In this document: positions 1-9,795 of the stretch, in pieces
How positions within the stretch are numbered: the first letter of the stretch is position 1
How the letters are laid out: the number at the start of each line of letters is the position of its first letter
Origin: an uncultured Clostridia bacterium
Lineage (GTDB): Bacteria > Bacillota > Clostridia > Oscillospirales > Oscillospiraceae
Length of the DNA: 64,000 nt
Assembly: GCA_946412355.1 (NCBI GenBank)
Contig: CAMKGX010000004.1
Span: forward strand, 476 to 64,475
Direction of reading: 5' to 3'
Translations under genes and position numbers: made by a program
Notes under the pieces: generated by a model
Told to the model about the DNA's origin: nothing
The model's database searches: none
Seen by the model: only the letters and a program-made list of their open reading frames with translations

Positions 1-1
1 G

Positions 2-178
2 GTGTTCGCCGCCGCCCCCTTCGCCCCCATCCCGGAGGCGGTGGTGCGGGAGGCCCTGGCGGCCATGGAGACGTGCGACGAGGTCATCGTCACCGATTTC
101 CCCATCGCCGAGACCAACGCAGCGGTGAAAGACCTCATCGCCCGGGCGGAAGCGCGGGGCATTCTCCGCCGGGAATGA
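2..178 (+). CDS. 3' end of a gene running in from the left edge; possibly the C-terminus of an iron/cobalamin ABC transporter ATP-binding protein
   Basis: Open frame VFAAAPFAPIPEAVVREALAAMETCDEVIVTDFPIAETNAAVKDLIARAEARGILRRE* with host-like codon usage, ending TGA 176-178 just before a terminator. The family guess rests on resemblance only. Confidence 0.5.
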   Translation: MFAAAPFAPIPEAVVREALAAMETCDEVIVTDFPIAETNAAVKDLIARAEARGILRRE

Positions 179-187
179 TACAATCTG

Positions 188-216
188 AAAAGACCACCCG
201 AAAGGGTGGCCTTTTT
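188..216. terminator. Bidirectional intrinsic terminator
   Basis: AAAAGACCACCC-GAAA-GGGTGGCCTTTTT between convergent genes. Confidence 0.8.
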
Positions 217-230
217 CATGGGTGAAACCG

Positions 231-1385
231 TTACGCCGCGCAGGTTTGGTGGATTAACGCCCGGTGCAGCAGCGCCATGGCGACGAGCAGCGCCGCCATG
301 TACCAGGGAAAGAGGGCCAGGGTGGTGCGCCCCGCCAGCAGGCCGAACAGGGGCGGCATCAGCGTGGTGCCCAGGTAGGCGGTGGCCATCTGCAACCCGA
401 TGACCGCCTGGGACCGCTCCGCACCGAACCGAATGGGGGCGGCGTGGATGAGGGAGGGGTACACCGGCGCGCAGCCCAGGCCCAGCAAAATGAGCCCGGC
501 AAAGGCGGCCCAGCGGGGGAGAGGAAGCAGCAGCAGCCCCAGGCCCGCCGCCATCATGGCGCTGCCCAGCCGGATGAGGGCCGTGTCCTTGAGCCGCAGG
601 GTCAAAAAGCCGTTTACGGCCCGGCCCGCCGTAATGCCCAGGTAAAACAGGCTGGCCCATCTGGCCGCCGTCACCGCGTCCAGCCCCCGGCAGGCCACCA
701 GGTAGCTGCTGGCCCACAGCCCCGCCGTCTGCTCCAGGGCGCAGTAGCAGAAGAAGCAGGCCACCGCCGCCTTCACCCCCGGCAGGGCGGCCACCCGGCC
801 CAGGGGCATGGGGCGATTGTCGCCGTTTTCGGCGGCAGGGGCGGCTTTCCAAAGCGGCAGCGACAGCAGTAAAATCGCCGTCAGCCCCAGCTGCAGCCAG
901 CCGATGGCCCGGTAGCCCCCCTGCCAGCCCCGGCCCACCGTCAGGGCCCGGGCCATGATGGCGGGGCCGATGGAGGTGCCCACGCCCCACATGCAGTGGA
1001 GCCAGCTCATGTGGCGGGAGGCGTAGTGGAGGGCCACGTAGTTGTTCAGCGCCGCGTCCACGCCGCCGGCCCCCAGGCCGTAGGGCACGGCCCACAGCAG
1101 CAGCGCCCAGTAGTGGCGGCAGCAGGAGAAGCCAAAGAGCGCCCCGCAGGTCAGCGCCACCGACATGGCGGTGACCCGTCCGGGGCCAAACCGCCGGGTA
1201 AGGGCGTCGCTGGCCAAGCTGGACACGATGGTGCCCGCGGAAATCACAGTGAAAATACCGCCGGAGAAGGCCAGGGGCACCCCCAGCTCGCCGTGCATAA
1301 TGGGCCACGCCGCCCCCAAAAGGGGATCCGGAAGCCCCAGGCTGATAAAGGCCATGTAAATCACGGCCAGAAGAAGCGTTACCAT
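231..1385 (-). CDS. MFS transporter
   Basis: About 12 hydrophobic segments, N-terminal LLAVIYMAFISLGLPDPLLGAAWP. Start moved to ATG 1385 (AAGGA upstream); the longer ORF-track start lies inside a repeat. Confidence 0.85.
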   Translation of the reverse strand: MVTLLLAVIYMAFISLGLPDPLLGAAWPIMHGELGVPLAFSGGIFTVISAGTIVSSLASDALTRRFGPGRVTAMSVALTCGALFGFSCCRHYWALLLWAVPYGLGAGGVDAALNNYVALHYASRHMSWLHCMWGVGTSIGPAIMARALTVGRGWQGGYRAIGWLQLGLTAILLLSLPLWKAAPAAENGDNRPMPLGRVAALPGVKAAVACFFCYCALEQTAGLWASSYLVACRGLDAVTAARWASLFYLGITAGRAVNGFLTLRLKDTALIRLGSAMMAAGLGLLLLPLPRWAAFAGLILLGLGCAPVYPSLIHAAPIRFGAERSQAVIGLQMATAYLGTTLMPPLFGLLAGRTTLALFPWYMAALLVAMALLHRALIHQTCAA

Positions 1386-1418
1386 AGCAATGATGTCCTT
1401 ATCGATAAAATGAAACAG

Positions 1419-1997
1419 CCTTCCCCATGGGGGGGGGGGGGAGGTGGCACGGCCGCAGGCCGTGACGGATGAGGGGGCGATGACCAAAGACGTTGTGTGT
1501 TCACCGCCCCACCCATCTCTCCGTAGGGCGGGACCTGTGTGTCCCGCCTACCCCGGTTGCGGGTTTTACAAACGGTTTCGTTGGCTGAAAAGGCTTGCCG
1601 CCTCGGTCGTAGGGGCGGACGACTCTGTCCGCCCCAGCCTTCCCCCCGAGGGGGAAGGCAGGCCAATAGCGTGCCTTTCCGCAGCCAACGACACCTTTCC
1701 CGTCATTGCCAACCCGCAAGCGGGCGATTCGTGAATCGCCCCTACGGTATTTACGCCCCGCTGCCCGTTTCTCCGTAGGGGCGCTTCATGAAGCGCCCGT
1801 CCCCCCCGGCGGCGGATTTGATAAAGGTCCCCATCGGCTGCGGAGAGGCCCCGTTTTGCCTGTAGGGGCGGGGCTCTGCTCCGCCCTAACGCCACAGGAT
1901 TTCGCTCCATGTGGGCGGAGCAGCGTCAGCGACCCCCTGCGAAGAATGAGCAGTTGGTGGAGCCAGTGCCCTTGGGGTAAGCCCCGCCCCTACGCAG
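1419..1997. repeat. Intergenic cluster of REP-like palindromes (GTAG family) plus a CCTTCCC-type repeat
   Basis: GTAGGG(G)CG-palindrome-CGCCC units at 1523, 1609, 1775 and 1862, with inverted units near 1745 and 1993. Confidence 0.8.
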
Positions 1998-2014
1998 GGA
2001 ACGGGCCCATTCCC

Positions 2015-2989
2015 TCACAGCGCCACAATCAGCGGCACCAGCAACGGCACCAGCAGCGACAGCACCACGCCGGAGGTGAAGGAATACAGCGTCAGCCGCT
2101 GGTGGGTGGCCCCCACCACCACGGGCAGCACCGTGTCCATGGCGGCGGCGCCGGGCATGGCCACGCACTCTAAATACCCCACGTGCTTTGCTACCATCGG
2201 GACGAGGATGATGGCCAGCACCTCCCGCATCACGTTGGACAAAAACGCCACCGCCGAGATTTCCAGGGAGTAGGGGGCCAGCAGCGTGGTGGCCAGGGAG
2301 TACCACCCCATGCCGGAGGCGGAGGCCATGGCGTCCTTTACGGTCATGGGCAGCAGCGTCCCCGCCAGCGCGGCGAAGGCCAGCGTCCCCGCCGCCACCG
2401 CAGCGGGAAGGAGCAGCACCCGCCACCCGGCGGCCTTTATCTCCTGCAAAATGGTGCCCTGGCGGCCCATGTCCATACCCACTAAAAACAGCAGCACGTA
2501 CAGCCCCACGTCGATGACCGTGCCGCACACGTCCCGCGCCGCCGCCGGCAGCACGAAGCGGCCCAGGGCCATGCCCGCCGCCACCGCCGCCACGATCCAC
2601 CAGGTCATGGCGTTGTCCGCCTTGCCGCCGCCGGCAGGGGAGGGGTCGTCCCCCGTCTCCGCCGCCGCGCCCAGGGGCCGGGCGTACCGATCCAGATGCA
2701 GCACGAAGCGCCGCAGCGCCGTCACCGCCAGCACCGACCCGGTCATGGCAAACAGCGTAATGACCGCCGCCGCCAGGCCGATTTGCCCCAGGGAGGCGAT
2801 GATCTTTTCGTTGCCCCCCAATGACACGCCCAGGGAGAGAATCATCACCATCAGCGCCAGGGTTTGGAGCCGCCCCAGCCATCTGGCCTCCCGCTTTTGG
2901 CCGATGGCCTTGGCCCCGATGAGGGCGCCCACCACCATCAGCACCACGTAGATGCCCATATTCAGCAGCGTACCCGCTGTGGTACTCAT
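2015..2989 (-). CDS. LysO/YbjE (DUF340) family lysine exporter, two-domain form
   Basis: Hydrophobic protein with SGMGWYSL and FLSNVMREVLAI motifs and GAAAMDTVLP; GAGG RBS before ATG 2989. Confidence 0.8.
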   Translation of the reverse strand: MSTTAGTLLNMGIYVVLMVVGALIGAKAIGQKREARWLGRLQTLALMVMILSLGVSLGGNEKIIASLGQIGLAAAVITLFAMTGSVLAVTALRRFVLHLDRYARPLGAAAETGDDPSPAGGGKADNAMTWWIVAAVAAGMALGRFVLPAAARDVCGTVIDVGLYVLLFLVGMDMGRQGTILQEIKAAGWRVLLLPAAVAAGTLAFAALAGTLLPMTVKDAMASASGMGWYSLATTLLAPYSLEISAVAFLSNVMREVLAIILVPMVAKHVGYLECVAMPGAAAMDTVLPVVVGATHQRLTLYSFTSGVVLSLLVPLLVPLIVAL

Positions 2990-3009
2990 GTCCATCACCT
3001 CAAAAATGA

Positions 3010-5757
3010 TTACGCCGTCACCGTCACCCGGCTGCCGCCGGCGGCGTCCTTTTTTACGATAATCTGCCTGTCAATGCGGCCCTTCAGCTCCGCCACGTGG
3101 GAGATGATGCCCACCAGGCGGCGGCTCTCGGACAGCCCCTGCAGCGCCCGAAGCGCCATGGAGAGGGATTCCTCGTCCAATGAGCCGAAGCCCTCGTCCA
3201 CGAAAAGGGTGTCCAGCCGGATGCCTCCGGCGGAGGACTGCACCTCGTCGGCCAGCCCCAGGGCCAGGGCCAGCGACGCCTGGAACGACTCACCGCCGGA
3301 CAGCGTTTTCACGCTGCGGCGACTGCCGTTGTAGTGGTCGATGACATCCAGCTCCAGCCCCGACTGGCTGCGGTTGTTCTCCGCCGCGGCGCGGCGGCAC
3401 AGCTCGTAGTGGCCTCCGGTCATCACCAGCAGCCGGGTGTTGGCCCGGGCCAGGATGCGGTCGAAATACGTCATCTGCACGTAGGTTTCCAGCATCACCT
3501 TTTCCCTGCCGGACACAGCGCCGTTGGCGGTATTGGACAGGGCTTGCAGCCATGTGCTGCGCTGCTCCAGGGCCCCCAGCTCCCGGCCCACCTCCGCCAC
3601 TTTTCCGGCGGCGGTACGGTTGGCGGTGAGGGTGGCCATCAGGGCGGTGTATTGCCCGTCAACGGTTTTCTTCTCCTCGCTCACCTGCTGCCACAGGGTT
3701 TCCAATGCCGCCATATCCACGGCGGGCAGGGCGGTGAGCTGCCGCTCCAGCTCCGCTGTACGCTCCCGGGCGGCGGTAAGGGCCAGGGCCGCGTCGTGGT
3801 GTGCCCGCTGCAGGGCGTCTATGGCCGTGGCGGCCTCGTTGCGCTGCAGCGTCAGCGCCGCCGCCTGCTGCCGGGCCTCATCGGCGGTGGGGTAGGGCAG
3901 GGTGCGCCGCACCTCGGCGGCGGACTGCTGCTGCCCCTCGTACTGCCGGGCCAGGGCCTCCGCCTGCTGCCGCTGGGCTTCGGCGGTGTCGGTGGCGGCG
4001 GTGAGCTGCTGCTCCAGCCGGGGCAGCTCCCGCTGTATCTCCCCCCGCCGGGCCATCCGCTGCTCCTGGGAGCGCAGCGCCGCGGCGCACTGGGCAAGGT
4101 CGTCCGCCAATGCTTGGGCCTCTGCCTGGGCCGCGGGCCGCAGCGTTCCCTTTTCCAGGGGGCCGAACAGGGCCTGGCCGCTGTCCGAAATGGCCCGGCC
4201 CAGGGTGTCCCGCCGCCCCTTGGCCTCCGAGGCCCGTGCGGCGGCGGTCTCCACAGCGGCCCGAGTGGCGTCCGCCACTTGCCTGGCTGTTTGCAGCGCC
4301 GCCTCCGTGGGGGCGCCGTGGGCCAGGGCCGCCGGGGCGGGGTGGGCTGTGGAGCCGCATACCGGGCAGGGAAGGCCCGGGGAGAGCTTCTCCGCCAGCA
4401 GCCCCGCCTGGGCCTGGTAAAAGGCCCGCTCCATGGTCAGCACCGTCTGGGCGGTGACCTCATAGCGCGCCTGGGCGGCCCGGTACGCCTCTGCATCCCG
4501 GCGGTACGCCGCCTCCCGGCCGTCATATTCCTGTATTTTTTCCAGCAAATCCGTGATCTGGGCCCGGCGGGCGGCCTGGGCCTCCTGCTGCCGCAGCAGC
4601 GCCTGGTGCTTGGCGGGGGCGTCCTCCCACTCCGCCAATTGCGCCCGCCGCTGCCCCAGCGTCCGGGAGAGGGCTGCCGCCTTTTCCTGCTCCGCCTGGG
4701 CGGTCTGCCGGACGGCGTTGAGGGCGGTCTCTGTCTGCTGCAAGGCGATTTCCAGCTCGGTCAGCCGTCCGTAGTCATCCATCCGGGCCTGGAGGGCGGC
4801 CAGGGCCCGGTCGGCCTCCTGCTGCCGCGCCGTCAGGTTTTCGGTGGCGGTCAGGGCCGTTTCCGCCTGGCGGAGAGCCGCCTCCGCCCCCAGGTGCTGC
4901 TGCTGCGCCGCCGCCAGATCCCGGGCTGTTTTCTCCCGCTGCAAGCCCTGCTGCCGCTGCTGCGTCAGGCCCAGCAGCCGCTCTTGCAGTTCATTTTGCC
5001 GCCCCTCCAGCATCTGGCAGCGCTGCTGCTGGCTGTGGATGACGGCTTGCAGCGCCGACAACGTGTCCTCCAGGGGCATCTCCCGCCCCAGCGGCGCCAA
5101 CAGCACCTCCTCGCCGGCAACGCCGTCCACATACTGCTGCACGCTCTGCCGCAGCTCCCGGCACCGGCGGTACAGCCCGGCGGCCTCGTCCTTCACCGCC
5201 TCCTGGAATTTCTGGTAGTTCTCCGTGTGGAACAGCTGGCGAAAGATGGCCTGCCGCTCCCGGGTGTCGGACAGCAGCAGACGCAAAAAGTCCCCCTGGG
5301 CGATCATGGCAATCTGCCGGAACTGCTGCCGGTCCACCCCCAAAATGGCGGTGACTGCCTCGTTCACCTCCCGCACCTTGGTGACGATGCGGCCGTCGGG
5401 ATAGGTGAGCATGGCGTCGGCGGGCTGCTTCACCGTGCCCTCGCCCCGGGCCTTGGGCCGCAGGTATTCGGGGCTGCGGCGGACGGTGTACCGCTGGCCG
5501 CCGTAGGCGAAGGTCAGCGCCACAAAGGTGGGGGTGTCCGCCGCGGCGTAGAGGGAGCGCAGCATGGTGCTCTGGCGGTTCTCGCCGCTGGCCTCGCCGA
5601 ACAGGGCGAAGCTGATGGCGTCGAAGATGGTGGTCTTGCCCGCCCCGGTGTCGCCGGTGATGAGGTAGAGCCCCGCCTCCCCCAGGGCGGTGAAGTCGAT
5701 GGTGGTCTCCCCAGCATAGGGCCCGAAGGCGGATACGGTCAGTTGCAGCGGTCTCAT
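3010..5757 (-). CDS. sbcC: SbcC/Rad50-like SMC ATPase
   Basis: Walker A GDTGAGKT, coiled coils, Zn-hook CPVCG, signature LSGGE, Walker B LFVDEGFG. Confidence 0.95.
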   Translation of the reverse strand: MRPLQLTVSAFGPYAGETTIDFTALGEAGLYLITGDTGAGKTTIFDAISFALFGEASGENRQSTMLRSLYAAADTPTFVALTFAYGGQRYTVRRSPEYLRPKARGEGTVKQPADAMLTYPDGRIVTKVREVNEAVTAILGVDRQQFRQIAMIAQGDFLRLLLSDTRERQAIFRQLFHTENYQKFQEAVKDEAAGLYRRCRELRQSVQQYVDGVAGEEVLLAPLGREMPLEDTLSALQAVIHSQQQRCQMLEGRQNELQERLLGLTQQRQQGLQREKTARDLAAAQQQHLGAEAALRQAETALTATENLTARQQEADRALAALQARMDDYGRLTELEIALQQTETALNAVRQTAQAEQEKAAALSRTLGQRRAQLAEWEDAPAKHQALLRQQEAQAARRAQITDLLEKIQEYDGREAAYRRDAEAYRAAQARYEVTAQTVLTMERAFYQAQAGLLAEKLSPGLPCPVCGSTAHPAPAALAHGAPTEAALQTARQVADATRAAVETAAARASEAKGRRDTLGRAISDSGQALFGPLEKGTLRPAAQAEAQALADDLAQCAAALRSQEQRMARRGEIQRELPRLEQQLTAATDTAEAQRQQAEALARQYEGQQQSAAEVRRTLPYPTADEARQQAAALTLQRNEAATAIDALQRAHHDAALALTAARERTAELERQLTALPAVDMAALETLWQQVSEEKKTVDGQYTALMATLTANRTAAGKVAEVGRELGALEQRSTWLQALSNTANGAVSGREKVMLETYVQMTYFDRILARANTRLLVMTGGHYELCRRAAAENNRSQSGLELDVIDHYNGSRRSVKTLSGGESFQASLALALGLADEVQSSAGGIRLDTLFVDEGFGSLDEESLSMALRALQGLSESRRLVGIISHVAELKGRIDRQIIVKKDAAGGSRVTVTA

Positions 5758-6890
5758 CTCTCACCCTCCCAGATTTTCGCCATCAGCTCTTTCACATAGG
5801 CCGATTGCGCCTCGTTCATGTCGGCGCCGTTCTGCTGTCGGTACAGCCGTCCCATCAGCTCCGGCGGCGTCAGTTTTTCCGCCGCCTGGGCCGCCGCCAG
5901 GGCCGCATCGGTGCGGGTGCGGCGGTTGTCGTAGGTCAGCTGTACCAGGTGGGGGTACACCGTCCGCAGCCGGGCCGCGCCGTCGGGGATGTCCTCCTCG
6001 TCGGTAAGGGTCACGTATACGTAGTCGTCGGTGGCAGTGTTTTCATAGTTGCGCCGGTCCATCAGTTCCATGTAGCTGCCCCGCAGGGCCCGCACGTCCC
6101 GCCGGGGCGTGAGAGGCAGGGCCTCCACCGTCACGTGGCCTTTTTCCCCCAGCGTTACCAGTGTCACGGACTTCTCCTGCCCCGCCTCGGACAGGGAGTA
6201 TTTCAGCGGCGTGCCGCAGTAGCGCAACGTCTCCCGCCCCACGCTCTGGGGGCCGTGGAGGTGGCCCAGGGCCACGTAGTCGATGCCGTCAAACACGGCG
6301 GCGTCCACGTTGTCCGCCCCGCCCAGGGAGATCTCCTCCGACTCCGTCCTCGCCGCCCCGGTGACGAACTGGTGGGCCACCAGCACGTTGCGCTGCGTCT
6401 CATCCATGCCCATCGCCCGGATGGCCACGGCCAATGCGTCGGTGGTGGCGGCGATGTCGGCGTCGGGGTAAAACCGCTTTACGTGGGCGGTTTTCACAAA
6501 GGGCAGCAGGTAGAAATGCACCGGGCCGTGTTCGTCGGTGAGGGTGACGGGGGTCACATGACCGTCATACACCGGCGCGATGTGTACGCCGCTGCCCGCC
6601 ATCAGCCGGGCGCCGAAGGCCAGGCGCTCCGCCGAGTCATGGTTGCCGGCGATGAGCAGCACCTCCGTCCGCCGCTGCTGCAGCGCCCACAAAAAGCCGT
6701 CCAGCAGCGTCACCGCCTCCGCCGGCGGCAGGGGCTTGTCGTACACATCCCCGGCGATGACCACCGCTTGGGGCGCCAGGGCGTCCACCTTGTCCAATAT
6801 GGCCTGCAAAATGTACGCCTGGTCGTCCAGCAGGCTGAATTCGTTTAGCCGCTTGCCCAGGTGCAGGTCGGAGATGTGCAGCACACGCAT
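5754..6890 (-). CDS. sbcD: SbcD/Mre11-like exonuclease subunit
   Basis: HISDLHLG, AGDVYD, AGNHDS and LGHLH metallophosphoesterase motifs; 4-bp overlap with sbcC. Confidence 0.95.
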   Translation of the reverse strand: MRVLHISDLHLGKRLNEFSLLDDQAYILQAILDKVDALAPQAVVIAGDVYDKPLPPAEAVTLLDGFLWALQQRRTEVLLIAGNHDSAERLAFGARLMAGSGVHIAPVYDGHVTPVTLTDEHGPVHFYLLPFVKTAHVKRFYPDADIAATTDALAVAIRAMGMDETQRNVLVAHQFVTGAARTESEEISLGGADNVDAAVFDGIDYVALGHLHGPQSVGRETLRYCGTPLKYSLSEAGQEKSVTLVTLGEKGHVTVEALPLTPRRDVRALRGSYMELMDRRNYENTATDDYVYVTLTDEEDIPDGAARLRTVYPHLVQLTYDNRRTRTDAALAAAQAAEKLTPPELMGRLYRQQNGADMNEAQSAYVKELMAKIWEGER

Positions 6891-6980
6891 GGCCTTGCCC
6901 TCCCGCGTCAAAATCTACCCCATATTATATAATGCGACACCCGCCGCCGTCAACGGCCCGCAAATCTCTATAATCAGGCC

Positions 6981-7009
6981 TTGACCTGGCGGGGGATTTG
7001 TGTTATTCT
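6981..7009 (+). promoter_or_regulatory. Sigma-A type promoter for the ABC operon
   Basis: TTGACC-17 bp-TATTCT with TGn extended -10. Confidence 0.55.
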
Positions 7010-7071
7010 GCACCTTGCCTGAGAAAATTGAATACAGGAGCCATTTTTATTGGAGTAAAAAGGAGTAAACC

Positions 7072-8616
7072 ATGAAAAAAAGACTTTTTGCGCTGGTTCT
7101 GGCTCTGGCCATGACTGTTGCACTCTGCGCCTGCGGAGGCGACAAGCCCTCTGATCAGACCGCTGATCCTACCAACACCGGCTCCACCGGCGAAAAGCTG
7201 ACGGGCGGAACACTGACCGTCGGTATCGCCGCAGACCTGGACACCAGTCTTGACCCCCACGTCTCATCGTCGTCGGCAGGAACACGAGAGGTCCTCTTCA
7301 ACATCTATGAAGGGCTGATGAAGCCCGACACCGAAGGTAATCTCATCCCCGCTGTCGCCGAGAGCTGCACCGTCAATGAAACCGCCGACGTCTACACCTA
7401 CACCCTGCGTGAAGGCGTCAAGTTCCATAACGGGGCCGACGTGACGGTCGGGGATGTTGTGTATTCTCTCACCAGGGCTGCGGGTCTGGAAACCGGTGAG
7501 CCCTTAGTGGGCGAGGTAAAGGGTATTGCCTCCGTGGAGGCCACCGACGACCGCACCGTCGTCGTCACCCTGAAAGCCCCCGACGCCGAGTTCAACGCCT
7601 ATATGAGCGTGGCCATTATCCCCCAGGACGTCGACCCCAACGACAGCCCCGTGGGCACCGGCCCCTTCCGCTTCGTGTCCCACATCGCCCAGGACAGCGT
7701 GGTGCTGGAGAAGTTTGATGAATACTGGGGCCAGGGCGCCTATCTGGATCAGGTGATCTTGAAGGTCATCCCCGACCCCCAGACCCTGGTGATGAGCCTG
7801 CGCTCCGGCGCCATCGACCTGGCCTGCCACCTGGACGCCACCCAGATTGCCAACATGGCGGATATGACCGTCATGGAGGGCAGCAGCAACGTCATCCAGG
7901 CGCTGTATCTCAACCACGATTTCGCCCCCTTTGCCGACGAGCGTGTCCGCCAGGCGCTGTGCTATGCCGTGGATAAGCAGGCCGTCATCGACCTGGCCAT
8001 GGACGGCCACGGCACCCCCGTGGGCACCAGCATGCTCTCCACCCTGGGCCGCTACGCCATGCCCGAGCTGGCTGACTACTACAAGCCCGACGTGGAAAAG
8101 GCCAAGGCCCTGCTGAAAGAGGCGGGCTATGAGAATTTGAGCTTCACCATCACCGTTCCCTCCAACTACGCCTCCCACGTGGGCACCGCCCAGGTGCTGG
8201 TGGAGCAGCTGAAGGCCGCCGGTGTGGACGCCAAGATCGACCTGGTGGACTGGAACACCTGGCTGACGGAAACCTACCAGGGCCGCAACTTTGAGGCCAC
8301 CGTCAGCGGGTTCGACTCCCACAGCCTGTCCGCCACCGGGTGCCTTGCCCGGTTCCAGAGCGAGAGCGGCAAGAACTTCATCAACTTCAAGAATGATGAC
8401 TACGACGCGGCCTACGCCGCCGCCGTGTCCAGCCTGAACGCCGACGAGCAGACGGCCCTGTTCAAGCAGTGCGAGACCATCCTGGCGGAGACCGCCGCCA
8501 ACGTGTATCTCCAGGATATGTCCACCTTCGCCGTGATGCAGAGCGACGTGGGCGGCTTCGTGTACTATCCCGCGCTGTACATCATGGACCTGGCCACGCT
8601 GTATCGCATTGGATAA
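7072..8616 (+). CDS. Peptide/nickel ABC transporter substrate-binding lipoprotein (family 5)
   Basis: Lipobox ALCAC, SLDPH, IYEGL, LREGVKFHNG, PVGTGPF. Confidence 0.93.
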   Translation: MKKRLFALVLALAMTVALCACGGDKPSDQTADPTNTGSTGEKLTGGTLTVGIAADLDTSLDPHVSSSSAGTREVLFNIYEGLMKPDTEGNLIPAVAESCTVNETADVYTYTLREGVKFHNGADVTVGDVVYSLTRAAGLETGEPLVGEVKGIASVEATDDRTVVVTLKAPDAEFNAYMSVAIIPQDVDPNDSPVGTGPFRFVSHIAQDSVVLEKFDEYWGQGAYLDQVILKVIPDPQTLVMSLRSGAIDLACHLDATQIANMADMTVMEGSSNVIQALYLNHDFAPFADERVRQALCYAVDKQAVIDLAMDGHGTPVGTSMLSTLGRYAMPELADYYKPDVEKAKALLKEAGYENLSFTITVPSNYASHVGTAQVLVEQLKAAGVDAKIDLVDWNTWLTETYQGRNFEATVSGFDSHSLSATGCLARFQSESGKNFINFKNDDYDAAYAAAVSSLNADEQTALFKQCETILAETAANVYLQDMSTFAVMQSDVGGFVYYPALYIMDLATLYRIG

Positions 8617-8656
8617 AAAGCTATAACGGCGGGGGGCGAAAATCCCCACACCCAAA

Positions 8657-8828
8657 AAGCATCGCAGATTTCGCGCCGCCGCGCGGCGCGAACCCGTACA
8701 ATCGAAATTTCTGACGACATGCGCGTCAGAAATTTCACCGCTCAGGCCACGCAGTGTGCGAGCGAAGCGAGTGCGCGGAGTGGACTGCAAAAAAGTGGCA
8801 AAAAACGGCGCAGCCGATTTTTGCCAGA
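8657..8828. repeat. Structured dispersed repeat, copy 1 (MITE-like)
   Basis: AAGCATCGCAGATTTCGCGCC...CTGACGACATGCGCGTCAG...GACTGCAA is shared with 41510-41658. Confidence 0.7.
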
Positions 8829-8839
8829 GAAAGGCCGCT

Positions 8840-9781
8840 ATGGGAACGATTGCAAAAAAAACAGGCACTTTACTGCTGACACTGCTCCTGGTATCAGCTA
8901 TGGCCTTTCTGGCCTTTCAGATCATCCCCGGCGACCCCGTCACCAAGATCCTGGGCACGGACTACACGCCGGAGCGGGCCGCCACGCTGCGCCACGAGCT
9001 GGGGCTGGAGGGAGATCTCTCCGCCCGGTATCTCCGGTGGCTGGCCGGCTTCATCACCGGCGACTTCGGCATCTCTTACAGCTACATGAAGCCCGTGCGG
9101 CAGGTCATGCAGGGCAAACTGGCAGTCACGGCGGCACTTTCGGTGCTGTCGTGGCTGCTTGTGCTGCTTTTCAGCATCCCTCTGGGCATCGCCCTGGCCC
9201 GGTACCACAAGGGCGTTTTCGCCCGGGCTGCCGCCACGGTGAACCAGGTGTTCATGGCGGTGCCGCCGTTTTTCATCGGCATTTTGTTCACCTATCTCTT
9301 CGGCCTGCTGCTGAAATGGTTTGTGCCGGGTAAATTCGTCCCCTTTTCCGAGAGCTTTTGGGGCTGCCTGGGCTATCTCTTCTTCCCGGCCCTTGCCATC
9401 GCCATCCCCAAGGCCGCCAAAACGGCCCGACTGCTGGTGTCGTCCATCATGGGCGAGATGCAAAAGGACTACGTCCGCACCGCCTACAGCCGGGGCAACT
9501 CCCGCTGGATGGTGATACGCACCCACGTGCTGCGCAACGCCCTTTTGCCGGTGGTCACGTACCTGGCCATGTCCCTGGCGGACATCGTGGCCGGCTCCAT
9601 CATCGTGGAGCAGGTGTTCGTGGTGCCGGGCATCGGGCGGCTGCTGGTGGCCTCCATCGCCTCCCGGGACTTCCCCGTGGCGCTGACCATCGTGGTCATC
9701 ATCGCGGCGCTGGTGGTGTTTATGAACTACGTGGCCGACCTGGTCACCCAGTTCATCGACCCCCGGGTCAGACTGTCGTAA
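8840..9781 (+). CDS. Peptide/nickel ABC transporter permease (OppB/DppB-like)
   Basis: IIPGDP, GDFGISY, YVRTAYSRG, LRNALLP. Confidence 0.93.
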   Translation: MGTIAKKTGTLLLTLLLVSAMAFLAFQIIPGDPVTKILGTDYTPERAATLRHELGLEGDLSARYLRWLAGFITGDFGISYSYMKPVRQVMQGKLAVTAALSVLSWLLVLLFSIPLGIALARYHKGVFARAAATVNQVFMAVPPFFIGILFTYLFGLLLKWFVPGKFVPFSESFWGCLGYLFFPALAIAIPKAAKTARLLVSSIMGEMQKDYVRTAYSRGNSRWMVIRTHVLRNALLPVVTYLAMSLADIVAGSIIVEQVFVVPGIGRLLVASIASRDFPVALTIVVIIAALVVFMNYVADLVTQFIDPRVRLS

Positions 9782-9795
9782 AGGGGGACCGGGCC

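Noticed and set aside
1429-1441. 13-G homopolymer upstream of the MFS gene as a phase-variation tract
   Set aside because: It lies in the stem of the CCTTCCC repeat family, where other copies have only 4-6 G; may be local slippage or a sequencing artefact.
3334-5799. Long antisense ORFs (also 18385-22476, 26831-29593, 37831-39720, 55304-57742 and others)
   Set aside because: They are shadows of well-supported genes on the opposite strand, expected from high-GC codon bias; no RBS or family motifs.
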